A stretch of 64,000 bases of DNA from Mobula hypostoma (taxonomy: Eukaryota), in contig NC_086108.1 of assembly GCF_963921235.1 (NCBI RefSeq), positions 17,732,001 through 17,796,000 on the forward strand, written 5' to 3'. This document shows positions 26,282-37,739 of this stretch, one piece after another; the first letter of the stretch is position 1; each line of letters opens with the position of its first letter. The position numbers and the translations under genes are program-made. Under the pieces are notes generated by a model. The model was not told where the DNA came from and did not search any database. It saw only the letters and a program-made list of their open reading frames with translations.

Positions 26282-27382
26282 GTGATTGTGGCAGATTTTA
26301 ATTTTCCACACATAGACTGGGAAGCCCATTCTGTAAAAGGGCTGGATGGTTTGGAGTTTGTAAAATGTGTGCAAGATAGTTTTCTGCAGCAATACATAGA
26401 GGTACCAACTAGAGAAGGGGCAGTGTTGGATCTCCTGTTAGGGAATGAGATAGGGCAGGTGACGGAGGTATGTGTTGGGGAGCACTTCGGGTCCAGTGAT
26501 CACAATGCTATTAGTTTCAATATAATTATGGAGAAGGATAGGACTGGACCCAGGGTTGAGAATTTAGATTGGAGAAAGGCTAACTTTGAGGAGATGCAAA
26601 AGGATTTAGAAGGAGTGGATTGGGACAATTTGTTTTATGGGAAGGATGTAATAGAGAAATGGAGGTCATTTAAAGGTGAAATTTTGAGGGTACAGGATCT
26701 TTATGTTCCTGTTAGGTTGAAAGGAAAGGTTAAAAGTTTGAGAGAGCCATGGTTTTCAAGGGATATAGGAAATGTGGTTCCGGAAAAAAGAGGGATTTAC
26801 AATAAGTATAGGCAGCTTGGAGTTAATGAGCTGCTCGAGGAATATAAAGAATGTAAAAAGAATCTTAAGAAAGAAATTAGAAAAGCTAAAAGAAGATACG
26901 AGGCAGCTTTAGCAAGTAAGGTGAAAATAAATCCAAAGGTTTTCTACAGTTATGTTAGTGACAAAAGGATAGTGAGGGATAAAATTGGTCCTTTAGAGAA
27001 TCAGAGTGGACGGCTATATGCGGAGCCAAAAGAGATGGGGGAAATTTTGAACAATTTCTTTTCTTCGGTATTCACTAAGGAGAAGGATACTGAATTGTGT
27101 AAGGTAAAGGAAACAAGAAGGGTAGTTATGGAAAGTATGACGATTAAAGAAGAGGAAGTACTGGCGCTTTTATGGAATATAAAAGTGGATAAGTCTCCGG
27201 GTCTGGTCAAGATATTCCCTAGGACCTTGATGGAAGTTAGTGTGGAAATAGCAGGGGCTCTGACAGAAATATTTCAAAAGTCATTAGAAACGGGGATGGT
27301 GCCGAAGGATTGGCGTATTGCTCATGTGGTTCCATTGTTTAAAAAGGGTTCTAAGAGTAAACCTAGCAATTTTGACAAGTGA
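26282..27382 (+). pseudogene. CR1 ORF2 fragment (endonuclease C-terminus to RT N-terminus), 366 aa
   Basis: DFNFP.IDW, SSDHN, KSPG motifs. Confidence 0.85.
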
Positions 27383-27552
27383 GTTTGACGTCAGTAGTGG
27401 GTAAATTGATGGAAAGTATTCTTAGAGATGGTATATAGAATTATCTGGATAGACAGGGTCTGATTAGGAACAGTCGACATGGATCGTTAGGCATTAATAT
27501 CAAAGTAGTAAAATGGATTCAGCAGTGGCTGGATGGGAGACACCAGAGAGTA

Positions 27553-28521
27553 GTGGTGGATATCTGTGTGTCAGATTGGAGGATAGTGTGTAGCGGTGTG
27601 CCTCAGGGATATGTACTGGGTCCAATGTTGTTTGATATATATAGTAATGATCTGGATGATGGGGTGGTAAATTGGATTAGTAAGTATGCAGATGATACTA
27701 AGACAGGTGACGTTGTGGATAATGAAGTAGGTTTTCAAAGCTTGCAGGGAGATTTAGGCCACTTAGAAGAGTGGGCTGAAAGATGGCAGATGGAGTTTAA
27801 TGCTGAAAGATGTGAGGTGCTACATTTTGGTAGGACTAATCAAAATAGGACATACATGGTAACCGGTAGGGGATTAAAGAATGCTGTAGAACAGAGGGAT
27901 CTAGGAATAATGATGCATAGTTCCCTGAAAGTGGAATCTCATGTGGATAGGGTGGTGAAGAAAGCTTTTGGTATGCTGGCCTTTATTAATCAGAGCATTG
28001 AGTATAGGAGTTGGGATGTAATGTTGAAATTGTATAAGGCATTGGTAAGGCCAAATTTGGAGTATTGTGTACAGTTCTGGTCACCAAATTACAGGAGAGA
28101 TGTCAATAAAATTGAGAGAATACAGAGGAGGTTTACTAAAATGTTGCCTGGGTTTCATCTCCTAAGCTACAGAGAAAGGTTGAACAAGTTATGTCTTTAT
28201 TCCTTGGAGTGTAGAAGGTTGAGAGGGGACTTGATAGAGGTGTTTAAAATTATGAGGGGGATTGATAGGGTTGACGTGGATAGGATTTTTCCATTGAGAG
28301 TGGGGGAGATTCAAACAAGAGGACATGAGTTGAGAGTTAAAGGGCAAAAGTTTAGGGGTAACATGAGGGGGAACGTCTTTACTCAGAGAGTGGTGGCTGT
28401 GTGGAATGAGCTTCCAGCAGAAGTGGTTGAGGCAGGTTTGATGTTGTCGTTTAAAGTTAAATTGGATAGATATATGGACAGGAAGGGAATGGAGGATTAT
28501 GGACCGAGTGGGACTCGGTGA
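27553..28521 (+). pseudogene. CR1 ORF2 fragment (RT core and C-terminus), 322 aa
   Basis: SGVPQG.VLGP, KYADDTK motifs. Confidence 0.88.
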
Positions 28522-29883
28522 GAGTATGAGTTCGGCATGGACTAGAAGGGTCGAGATGGCCTGTTTCCGTGTTGTAATTGTTATATGGTTATATGGTTAT
28601 AAAATGCTGGAGGAACTCAGCAGGACTTGCAGCATCTATGGAAAAGAGTAAAGAGTCAATGTTTTGGGCTGAGACCCTTTATTAAGACTGTCAAGACGGC
28701 GACTGTTTACTCTTTTCCATAGATGCTGCCTTGGCCTGCTGAGTTCCTCCGGCATTTTGTGCATGTAACTCGTAACATGTGACATGCCTGCACCTGTACC
28801 AGAAGGTGAGGTGTCCCAGACAAGCTTCACTGGATCATAATTATAATTATAATTATAATCATAATTATGTGGATCATAATTTGAGAGTTGTGTCTGATGT
28901 CACCATTTCCTTTGTATTGGAAAGCCACCTCACAGTGTCTCGTCCATTGCCATTTCTTCCCAATCTGTAATAATGAGTTCAAGGGGAGGACCACAATAGC
29001 CAGGTTTGGCTGGAACCTGTTTTAGTAATTGACCAGTCCTAAAAAGGACCTCAACTGTGACATATCCTTTGGCCTTGGGGAATCCACCACCAGCTAAATT
29101 TTCTCAGCACACTTGTGTAAATATTGTGTATCAATGGTGTGGCCACAGTAAATGATGCTTGATTTTAAAAGAATCACGGTTTCTGTGTTGTTCTCTGAGC
29201 CTATAATAAGCCGATACTAACAATAAAGCCTTTTGTAATGAGAAACACTTTGGACTCTTCGTGCATCTCCAGCCATAGGTAGGCCTCACCAAAGTCCACT
29301 TTGCTGAAGTGTTTCCCTCCCAGAAAGGTTTGCAAAGATATCCTTTACCCTTGGCAGAGGGTGTTGATGTATTCAGTATTGTGTTAATGACCTTAAAATT
29401 ACCACAGATCCTGACAGACCCATCCTTCTTGGCTACTGGGGCATCTAGTGTTCATTGGGCTGTCATCAACCTTGGAAAGAATTCCTTCAGCCTCCATGTC
29501 ATCTAGCTCACTCACTATTTTATCATGGATAGTACAAGGAACTGGACTGACTTTGCAAACTTGGGTGTGGCATTTTCATTTAACACTGTTTTACCATTGA
29601 TATGTTTAAGTTTTCTGATGCCATCCTTGAATCTGTGACATCACCCAGTACCTTTCATAATTCGCTTTCATTTGACTTTGTTGTTTGGGCATGGCATAAA
29701 TGGTGGCTGGATCTCTAATCACGTTGTAGTTGTCTCAGCCAATCACTGCCCTACAATGCTGGCCCTCCTGTATTTATTACATACAAGTTCAATGTGGCGT
29801 GTTGGAAGCTGTATTTCAAGGTTACAAATGTCATTCCCACAGTAGTTACCTTTTCTCCTGTATAAGTTCTTAGTTAGATATCT

Positions 29884-30147
29884 TTTTGTTTTTTGTTTTT
29901 TTTGTGTGCCATACTCTGCCAGAGCCTTGGCGGCCAGTCTTTCAAATGGTTGTCTTGGAGGAAAGATTCTGTGAGTGGTCCCCCACGTCCTTCTCACAGC
30001 GCAGTTTTTTTTATGAGGCCGAGTTGCAAACTCAACACTCAACCTGGCATGGATGGAAAGCGTGCCCGGGAGCGGCCTGACTGGGTTCGAACTCGGGAAC
30101 CTTCGCTCCGGAGTCCGGCGCTGATGTCACTGCGCCACCAGCCGGCC
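29884..30147 (-). mobile_element. Young full-length tRNA-derived SINE with A-rich tail
   Basis: Minus strand starts GGCCGGCTGGTGGCGCAGTG (A box) ... GAGTTCGAACCC (B box); perfect 13-bp TSD TAGTTAGATATCT (29871-29883, 30148-30160). Confidence 0.93.
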
Positions 30148-31634
30148 TAGTTAGATATCTACAGGCTTCAATTCGGTATCTTTGAAATGCCACTCAAACT
30201 CATTTGATAGAATGATTGAAATAGCCGACCTGGTGTCCAATTCCATTTTAATTAATTTGCCATTCACTTCTGGTGTAAGCCATATTGCTTGCCTCCTGTT
30301 AGTTTTCACCTTGTAAATCTTAAGGCTGCTCAGTCCTGTGTCATCTTATCATTATCAGATTTTTTATCAACAGAATGCAGATTAGTGCTCATTGCTAATT
30401 TTAAAACTGTAACTTGACTTTTTAACCCATTTCTCTTCCCTGTGCCGTCCATTTATTTTTGTCCGCCTGACATACTGTTTCGATGTGACCTACTTTGTTG
30501 CATTTTCTGCAAATTTGGCCTTTAAACCTGTATTAGTCTGGTGAATGTGAAGCCTTGCCACATTGGTAACAGAATTTGTTAGGCCAGACAGATTTCTGTT
30601 TAGATGTTGCAATTTTTTCATGGTCACTTTCATTCCTGAATGCAAGTCAATTGTGTCTCTGGCTGTTGTTTCCATTGATACAGCAATTTTAATTGCTCTT
30701 TTAAGTGTAAATTGTGCTTCAGTTAGGAGCTGTTTTTGAAAGCTTTCTGGTAAGATTCCACAAACTAAACATCTCTCAGTACATCATCAAGCCCATCACT
30801 GAACTGACAATTTCTTCAATTGAACCACTAAGCGAGAACTCTCCTTCCCTTTGATTCTGCTTAAGAGACCCAAAGTGTTCCGCAATCAACAATGGTTTGG
30901 GTTCCATATGTTCCTGCATTACTTTCACGATATCAGCTAAGCTAATTTTGGATGGTTTGGTTGGATCAGTTAAATGTCTAAGCAAACTGTATGCTTTTCT
31001 ATCCATTACATTCTGTAGAACTGGCATTTGTTTCTTATCAGCTATTCCAGTTGCTTTAAAGTACTGCAATTCAGTAATTCATTTAGTATACATTGGCAGT
31101 TATCTGTTGTGCAGTCGAATGCATCTATCTTTCTGATGTGGTCAGCCATTTCTGCTTTACTTTTAATTTATTATTATTATTGCTCACTATTCATGATCCT
31201 GTGAAATGTGTCCATTTTCTTCTTTTTTTAAATTCAAATGTCTCTCTCTCTCTCTCTGTGAAGAAAAAAATACATGCTGCGCTCGTATTTTATCTCAATT
31301 TCATTTGAAAACTTCCTCTTCATCAATGTTTACATTTTTTTAACTCCAGAAACTAATTGAAAGAAAAACACAGGAGCCTGGGGATACTGGTGTACTTAGT
31401 TTTATTTCAGTGAGGCACTCAAATGTGACGTGATGGCGTAATGATTCACGTACACCACATGAAGTACTTCTGAAATGTGGTGATAGCAATAGGTAACTTA
31501 AGATGAAAGACTAGATAATTGGTATGTGTTTGTAAAAAGGTGTCACATGATTGCAAAACGACTAATGACATAGCGGGGCAAGTGGCACAGGACCCCACTG
31601 GCTGAGCCAGGAAACAGAAGAAAGAACTCCTTGT

Positions 31635-31990
31635 ACAGTGATAGATTGCTTTACTGGGTACAATGAGGGATTACTACTGATTAAAGTGATGGATTGCACT
31701 TTTTGATATTAATTACAGTGACAGATTGTCTTATTGATTACAATGTGAGATCGTGCTACTGATTATAGCAAGTGTCATGCTACTGATTACAGTGAGAAAT
31801 CGCACCACTGAGTACAATGACAGATTGTGTTATGGATTACAATGAGGATTGCACAGTTCATTATGGTGACGACCCGCTACTGATTATAGTGAGGAATCAC
31901 GTTACTGATTACAGTGACAATCCGCTACTGATTTCAGTTAGGGATCATGTACTGATTACTATGACAGATTGCGGCACTGATTGCAGTGAT
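31635..31990. repeat. Degenerate minisatellite, 23-25-bp unit (approx. GATTACAGTGAGAGATTGCGCTACT), about 14 copies
   Basis: Recurrent ACTGATTACAGTGA-like phase every 23-25 nt. Confidence 0.85.
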
Positions 31991-32361
31991 TTCTCCTCTT
32001 ACATTTCTGAATTGAATGGGGTGGGTTCAGTAGATGCAAAGGTGTGGAGATAACTATTCTTTCAGGAATGGAGTGTTCCTTTAAGGACACTATAGCATTG
32101 TGCAAATAGAAGGCAGTGAGGGTCCTACTGAAGGTCTCTTTAACTAGGGAACAGCATGGGCCACTGTTGATTCTGAGCATTTCCCATACTTTCCTTTAGG
32201 CATTAAAATACTCATCTGATACCTTCAGCTCTTTAAGGGGGCAGGACACTCAGTCCTGGTGCTTTAGTACACAGTTTGGACAATCCGCTAGAAAAACTGA
32301 CATAACTCATCTTGAAACTTGTCCTACCAACTAATCATAACCTATTTTTTCTCCTGACCCA

Positions 32362-33410
32362 AAGATTAAAGATTTAAAGATTTATTTGTCACATGTACAT
32401 CAAAACATACAGTGAAATGCAACATAGTCCAAAGATGTGCTGGGTGTAGCCCACAAGTGTCGCTGTGCTTCCAGCACCAATATAGTATGCCCATAACATT
32501 CTTACTCCCACAAGCTTTATATGGTTATATGGTTAATATCCCCCTTGAACCTCCCACCCCTTACCATTTTGGTAAATAGTAGGGCATTGAAGAATGCTGT
32601 AGAACAGAGGGATCTAGGAATAATGGTGCATAGTTTCCTGAAGGTGGAATCTCATGTAGATAGGGTGGTGAAGAAAGCTTTTGGTATGCTGGCCATTATT
32701 AATCAGAGCATTGAGTATAAGAGTTGGGATGTAATGTTGAAATTGTATAAGGCATTGGTAAGGCCAAATTTGGAGTATTGTGTACAGTTCTGGTCACTGA
32801 ATTATAGGAAAGATATCAATAAAATTGAGAGAGTACAGAGGAGGTTTACTAAAATGTTGCCTGGGTTTCATCTCCTAAGTTACAGAGAAAGGTTGAACAA
32901 GTTATGTCTTTATTCTTTGGAGCGTGGAAGGTTGAGAGGGGACTTGATAGAGGTGTTTAAAATTATGAGGGGGATGATAGAGTTGACGTGGATAGGCTTT
33001 TTCCATTGAGAATGGGGGAGATTCAAACAAGAGGACATGAGTTGAGATTTAAAGGGCAAAAGCTTAGGGGTAACATGAGAGGGAACTTCTTTACTCAGAG
33101 AGTGGTAGCTGTGTGGAACGAGCTTCCAGCAGAAGTGGTTGAGGCAGGTTCGATGTTGTTGTTTAAAGTTAAATTGGATAGATATATGGACAGGAAAGGA
33201 ATAGAGGGTTATGGTCAGTGGGACTAGGTGAGAGTAAGAGTTTGGCACGGACTAGAAGGGCCGAGATGGTCTGTTTCTGTGTTGTAATTGTTATATGGTT
33301 ATATGGTTAAGCTTGAAATGTGGGAAGAAACCATGCAGTCACAGGGAGAATGCACAAACCCCTTACAGACAGCCGTGGAAATTGAACCTGGATTGTTGGC
33401 TCTGTGAATC
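32362..33410 (-). mobile_element. HE1-like SINE split by a CR1 insertion
   Basis: Tail 32362-32517, body resumes at 33309; AAGCTT duplicated at the junctions. Confidence 0.6.
32518..33308 (+). mobile_element. 5'-truncated CR1 (same family as 24448-28600) with an extra 5' segment
   Basis: ORFs 32521..33009 and 32988..33227; (TTATATGG)n tail; TSD AAGCTT. Confidence 0.92.
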
Positions 33411-33455
33411 ATTATTGTTGATTCACAGTGCCAGCAATGTGAATCACTGTGTGTT

Positions 33456-33663
33456 GGGCACATGGCCAAGTGGTTAAGGCATTCGTCTAGTGATTTGAAG
33501 CCTCAGCTGTGGCAGCGTGTTTGTGTCCTTGAGCAAGTCACTTAATCACACATTGCTCTAGTCTGCGCGAGGAGTGGCGCCCCACACAGACTTCCAATCT
33601 GTGCCTTGTAAGGCATGAAAATGCCTGACGCAGGCCTCTCATGGTCTGAGTCAACATTCCCCC
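33456..33663 (+). mobile_element. tRNA-derived SINE (family of 5376-5590), B-box region deleted
   Basis: High similarity to 5376-5590; A box TGGCCAAGTGG. Confidence 0.85.
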
Positions 33664-33702
33664 ATGAATCTTTATGCTTCCCACTACGCTACTGTGAAAA
33701 GT

Positions 33703-33858
33703 CATAAACATAAGACATTCAGCAAATGCTGGAAATCTTGAACACACAAAGTTCTGGAGGAACTCAGAAAATCAGGAGCATTTATGGAGGGGAATAAACT
33801 TGACATTTTGGGCTGAGACCCTTCATCAGGACTGGAAAGGAAAAGGATAGAAGCCAAA
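33703..33858 (-). mobile_element. Penelope pseudo-LTR fragment with a decayed hammerhead (33799-33835)
   Basis: Reverse complement CCAGTC-CTGATGA-AGGGTCTCAGCCC-AAAATGTC. Confidence 0.75.
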
Positions 33859-33859
33859 A

Positions 33860-34388
33860 GGTTTCAAAGGTACATTTAATGTCAGAAAAATGTATACAAT
33901 ATACACCCTGAAATGCTTTTTCTTTGCAGCCATCCACAAAAACAGAGGAATGCCCCAAAGAATGAATGACAGTTAAATGTCAGAACCCCAAAGTACACCC
34001 CAACGCTCCCCTCCCTCCCACACATAAGCAGCAGCAAACAACAATTCCCCCTACCCCCACCAGCAAAAAAAAAAGCATCGGCACCTGCCATCGGGCACTC
34101 AAGCGTGAGCAAAGCAACAGCAAAGACACAGACTTGTAGTACTCCAAAAGACTACTTGTTCACCCGGTATTCGACATACCACAGGCTCTCTCTCCCTAAT
34201 AAGGGAGAAAGAGATGTCTCCATTTCACAGCAAGAGGGGAGACATAACAAACAACTGACTGGTTTACGATGTTAAAAGTCTGCTGCATCGCTTTTTCCAA
34301 GCTCTGTGCTCAAAGATCTTGGGTCTCTGGGCACACAACCTTAGATCTTCCATCTCCCATGACACACTGATCTGCCCGGACACCAACC
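33860..34388 (-). mobile_element. Non-coding retroposon fragment with LINE-like 3' tail (unclassified)
   Basis: Minus strand ends TGACATTAAATGTACCTTTGAAACC, resembling Rex1/L2-type tails; no ORF homology seen. Confidence 0.45.
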
Positions 34389-34399
34389 TTTAATCTGCT

Positions 34400-36035
34400 C
34401 GTCTAATATCAAAGAAGATACTAAAAGCTTATTTAAGTATATAAAGGGTAAAAGAGTCGAGGGTAGATATAGGACCAATAGAAAATGATGTTGGAGATAT
34501 TGTAATGAGACACGTAGAGATGGCAGAAGAACTGAATGTTTATTTTGCATCAGTCTTCAGAATGAAAGACATCTGCAGTATACCAGACATTCAAGAGTAT
34601 CAGGGAAGTGAAGTATGTCCAGTGAAAATTACGACTGAGAAGGTGGTCAGGAAGCTTAATAGTCTAAGGGTGGATAAATCTCCTGGACCTGATGGAATGC
34701 ATCCTTGGGTTCTGAAGGAAGAGGCTGGAGAGGTTGTGGAGGCATTAACAATGATTTTTCAGGAATCGATAGATTCTGGCTTTGTACCAGATGATTGGAA
34801 AATTGCAAATGTTACTCTGCTATTTAAGAAGGGTGGGAGACAGCATAAAGGAAACTATAGACCTGTTAGCCTGACATCAGTGGTTGGGAAGTTGTTGGAA
34901 TCGATTATTAGGGATGAGATTATGGAGTACCTGAAGGTACATGACAAAATAGGCCAAAGCCAGCATGGTTTCCTGAAAGGAAAATCTTGCCTGACTAACC
35001 TACTGCAATTTTTTGAGGACATTACAAGCAGGGTAGACAAAGGAGATGTAGTAGATGTGGTGTATTTAAATTTTCAGAAGGCCTTTGACAAGGTGCCACA
35101 CATGAGGCTGCTTAGCAAGATAAGATCCCATGGAATTATAGGGAAGTTACTGACGTAGTTGGAGCATTGGCTGATCGGCAGAAAACAGAGATTAGGAATA
35201 AAGGGATCCTATTCTGCCTAGCAAATGAAATACAATGTTGGAAAGTGTATGGTCATGCACTTTGGTGGAAGAACTAAACTGGCAGACAATTATTGATTGG
35301 GAGAGAATTAAAAATGCAGAAATGCAAAGGGACTTGGGAGTCCTTGTGCAGGATACCCTTAAGGTTAACCTCCAGGTTGAGTCAGTGGTGAAGAAGGCAT
35401 TCATTTCTAGAGGTATAAAATATAAGAGCAGGGATGTGATGTTGAGGCTCTATAAGACACTCATGAGAATGCACTTGGGAGTATTGTGTGCACTTTTGGG
35501 CACCTTATTTTATAAAGGATATACTGACATTGGAGAAAGTTCAAAGAAGATTCATGAGAATGATTCCAGGAATGAAAGGTTTACCGTATGAGGAACAACT
35601 AGCAGCTCTTGGGCTGTATTCCCTGGAGTTCAGGAAAATGAGAGGGGATCTCATAGAAACATTCTGAATATTAAAAGGCCTGAACAGATTAGATATGGCA
35701 AAGTTATTTCCCATGGTAGGGGAGTCCAGGACAAGAGAGCATGACTTCAGGATTGTAGGACATCCATTTAGAACAGAGGTGCAGAGAAATTACTTTAGGC
35801 AGAGGGTGGTAAATCTGTGGAATTTGTTGCCACAAGCAGCTGTGGAGACCAAGTCATTGGGTGCATTTAAGGCAGAGATAGATAGGATCTTGATTAGCCA
35901 GGGCATCAAAGGGTATGGGAAGAAGGCAAGGGAGTGGGGATGACTGGAAGAATTGGATCAGCCCATGATTGAATGGCAGAGCAGACTTGATGGGCTGAAT
36001 GGCCTACTTCTGCTCCTATCTCTTATAGTCTTATG
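34400..36035 (+). mobile_element. CR1 ORF2 3' half with an internal deletion of the RT core near 35217
   Basis: ORF 34505..35158 (KSPGPDG, NYRPVSLTS, SQHGF) joins directly to C-terminal motifs; CTTATAGTCTTATGG tail. Confidence 0.9.
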
Positions 36036-37249
36036 GGAAAAATAGAGATATTAAAGATGGAAATAGAACTGTTTCCGAAGATGCAAGCAAAGGAGTTGCC
36101 GTTAGGCGCCATTAATCCTCCTAAGCTCCTCCTCCCAAAAGACAGAGAAAAATCAGTTTGCCAGTGGTATCTTTTGTGAAGGAAGTGCTGTCCCTTTAAA
36201 GCAGTCTCTTTGTGGTACTTCCCTACCTGGTTGAGTAATTTGGGCCAAGACAAGACAGAGTGAGGCAGCATAGATCCCATGGGTGAGGAAGGGGGTTGGA
36301 GAGATCTTCATATGGAGGAGTACTTCAGTCCAACTGTGTTATCAGAAGCATTAGAAGCTTCTGGAAATAACTGCTGGTCTATATTAAGCCAGTATGTAGG
36401 CAGCACTGCGGTAAGTTGGAAAGAGCTGACCTCACTGTATGGGTAACCTTAAGCAATTTCTAAGTAAGTGCATGTTCGGCACAGCACTCTGTTTTTCTAT
36501 GTCACAGAAAGCCATATGCTGAGAGGGTGTTCCAGGGGTTAAGAATCAGGACTTGGCTTTCTCATTCCACAATCCTCACTGAAACACAAGGATCAACCTA
36601 TTTACCTCTTTGTGTCTGTTTATTAACATTGCTGTGCCTAAATGGGGAGGAAGTTCAGAGACTGAAGATGCAAAGGAACTTAGGCATCCTAGTTTAAGAT
36701 TCCCCTAAGGTTAACTTGTAAGTTGAGTCCATAATGAGGAAGACAAATGCAATTTTAGTATTCATTACAAGAGGACTTGACCATAAAATCAAAAATATAC
36801 CTCTGAGACTTTATGAGATATTCATCAGACCACAAGAAGAATATTGCAAATATTGGGGAGGGAGTTCCAGCATCTAGATCCAGTGATGGAGAAGGAGCAG
36901 TGATATACTTCCAAATTGGGATGGTATATGACTTGGAGAGGAACCTGCAGGTGGTGGTGTTCTTCTTTTGCTGTTGTCCTTACCCTTTTTGGTGGTGGAG
37001 GTCACAGTGTTGGAATTTATTTGGTTGATTGTGTATAATTTTGTAATCTTGTGTAATTTTCTATTATATATGTTTGATTTATGTTTTTTTTGTGAATATT
37101 GTTCATCTGATGCTATATGTGCCTGTGATGCTGCTGCAAGTCAGTTTTTCATTACATCTGTGCATACATGTACTTGTAAATACGTCAATAAGTTTGTAGT
37201 ATATTGTGTCAGTAGTCCACACTGCAGCCGCGTGTTTAGAAGGGATTGA

Positions 37250-37575
37250 ACGTTGTTTATTGTCATTCTTCATTCATAAGTGTAAAGGAGAATGAAATGA
37301 TTTTTACTCCAGATCTGATGCACCATAAAAAAAACTCAATAAGCACATAGAACACAATAAATATAAATACATAAGACTAGCTTATTTACATAGACTGTAT
37401 GTACATAAAGTGACATGAGCTAGGTACAGGAGTATCTGTACATATGGTGACTCTGACAGGAATTAATTATGTAGTGGTGGGAGGGAACATGTGGAGGGGT
37501 GGGTTAGCGGGTGGAGGTGTTGATTAGCTTGATGGCTTGGCTGTTTTTGACTCTGGTAGTCCTGGTGTGGATGCA
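37250..37575 (-). mobile_element. Rex1/L2-type LINE 3' end
   Basis: TTTATTGTCATTC tail signature; reverse complement resembles the T.R.KNS...QAI.L.N terminus. Confidence 0.55.
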
Positions 37576-37739
37576 CTCCGGATCCACTTTGGAGTAAGAC
37601 CGGAGTGGCCGCTGCAAGCTGCGTCGCGCCACCATCTACTCCTCTCCTCAAAAAACTTCCTTCATTCCTTGCATTATAGATGCAGGCCCAAGGGATCTTC
37701 TCCTGTTTTGGTCTGACATATACGCTTGTTACTCATATA

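Larger units (their letters stand above)
24448..28600 (+). mobile_element. Near full-length CR1 LINE (5' UTR, ORF1 zinc finger/leucine zipper plus SGNH esterase, ORF2 APE-RT), inactivated
   Basis: ORF1 from ATG 24751 (C..C..WE, C.RC...QLLRDRI.ELE, CLPGA, TND, DGLHLN); ORF2 pieces 26282..27382 and 27553..28521 (YADD); internal deletion near 27485; (TTATATGG)n tail; AAAAT TSD. Confidence 0.95.
24391..28762. mobile_element. Penelope-derived hairpin insertion split by a full-length CR1
   Basis: Tail 24391-24447 continues at 28601; inverted arms 28601-28657 and 28701-28758; decayed hammerhead at 28654-28690 (minus). Confidence 0.8.
23205..31454 (-). mobile_element. Decayed Gypsy LTR retrotransposon with nested insertions
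   Basis: 3' LTR 23205-23421 (TG...CA) next to polypurine tract AGGGAGGAG (23422-23430, minus strand); homologous, truncated 5' LTR about 31327-31454; gag (ORF 30776..31069), protease IKMELDT near 30240, and RT/RNase H/integrase-region remnants. Confidence 0.8.

Noticed and set aside
30080..30147. tRNA gene
   Set aside because: It is the head of a TSD-flanked SINE; the same applies at 5376 and 33456.
31635..31990. CRISPR-like repeat array or coding repeat (ORF 31817..32053)
   Set aside because: Units are adjacent and degenerate with no unique spacers; vertebrate context with no cas genes. It is a minisatellite.
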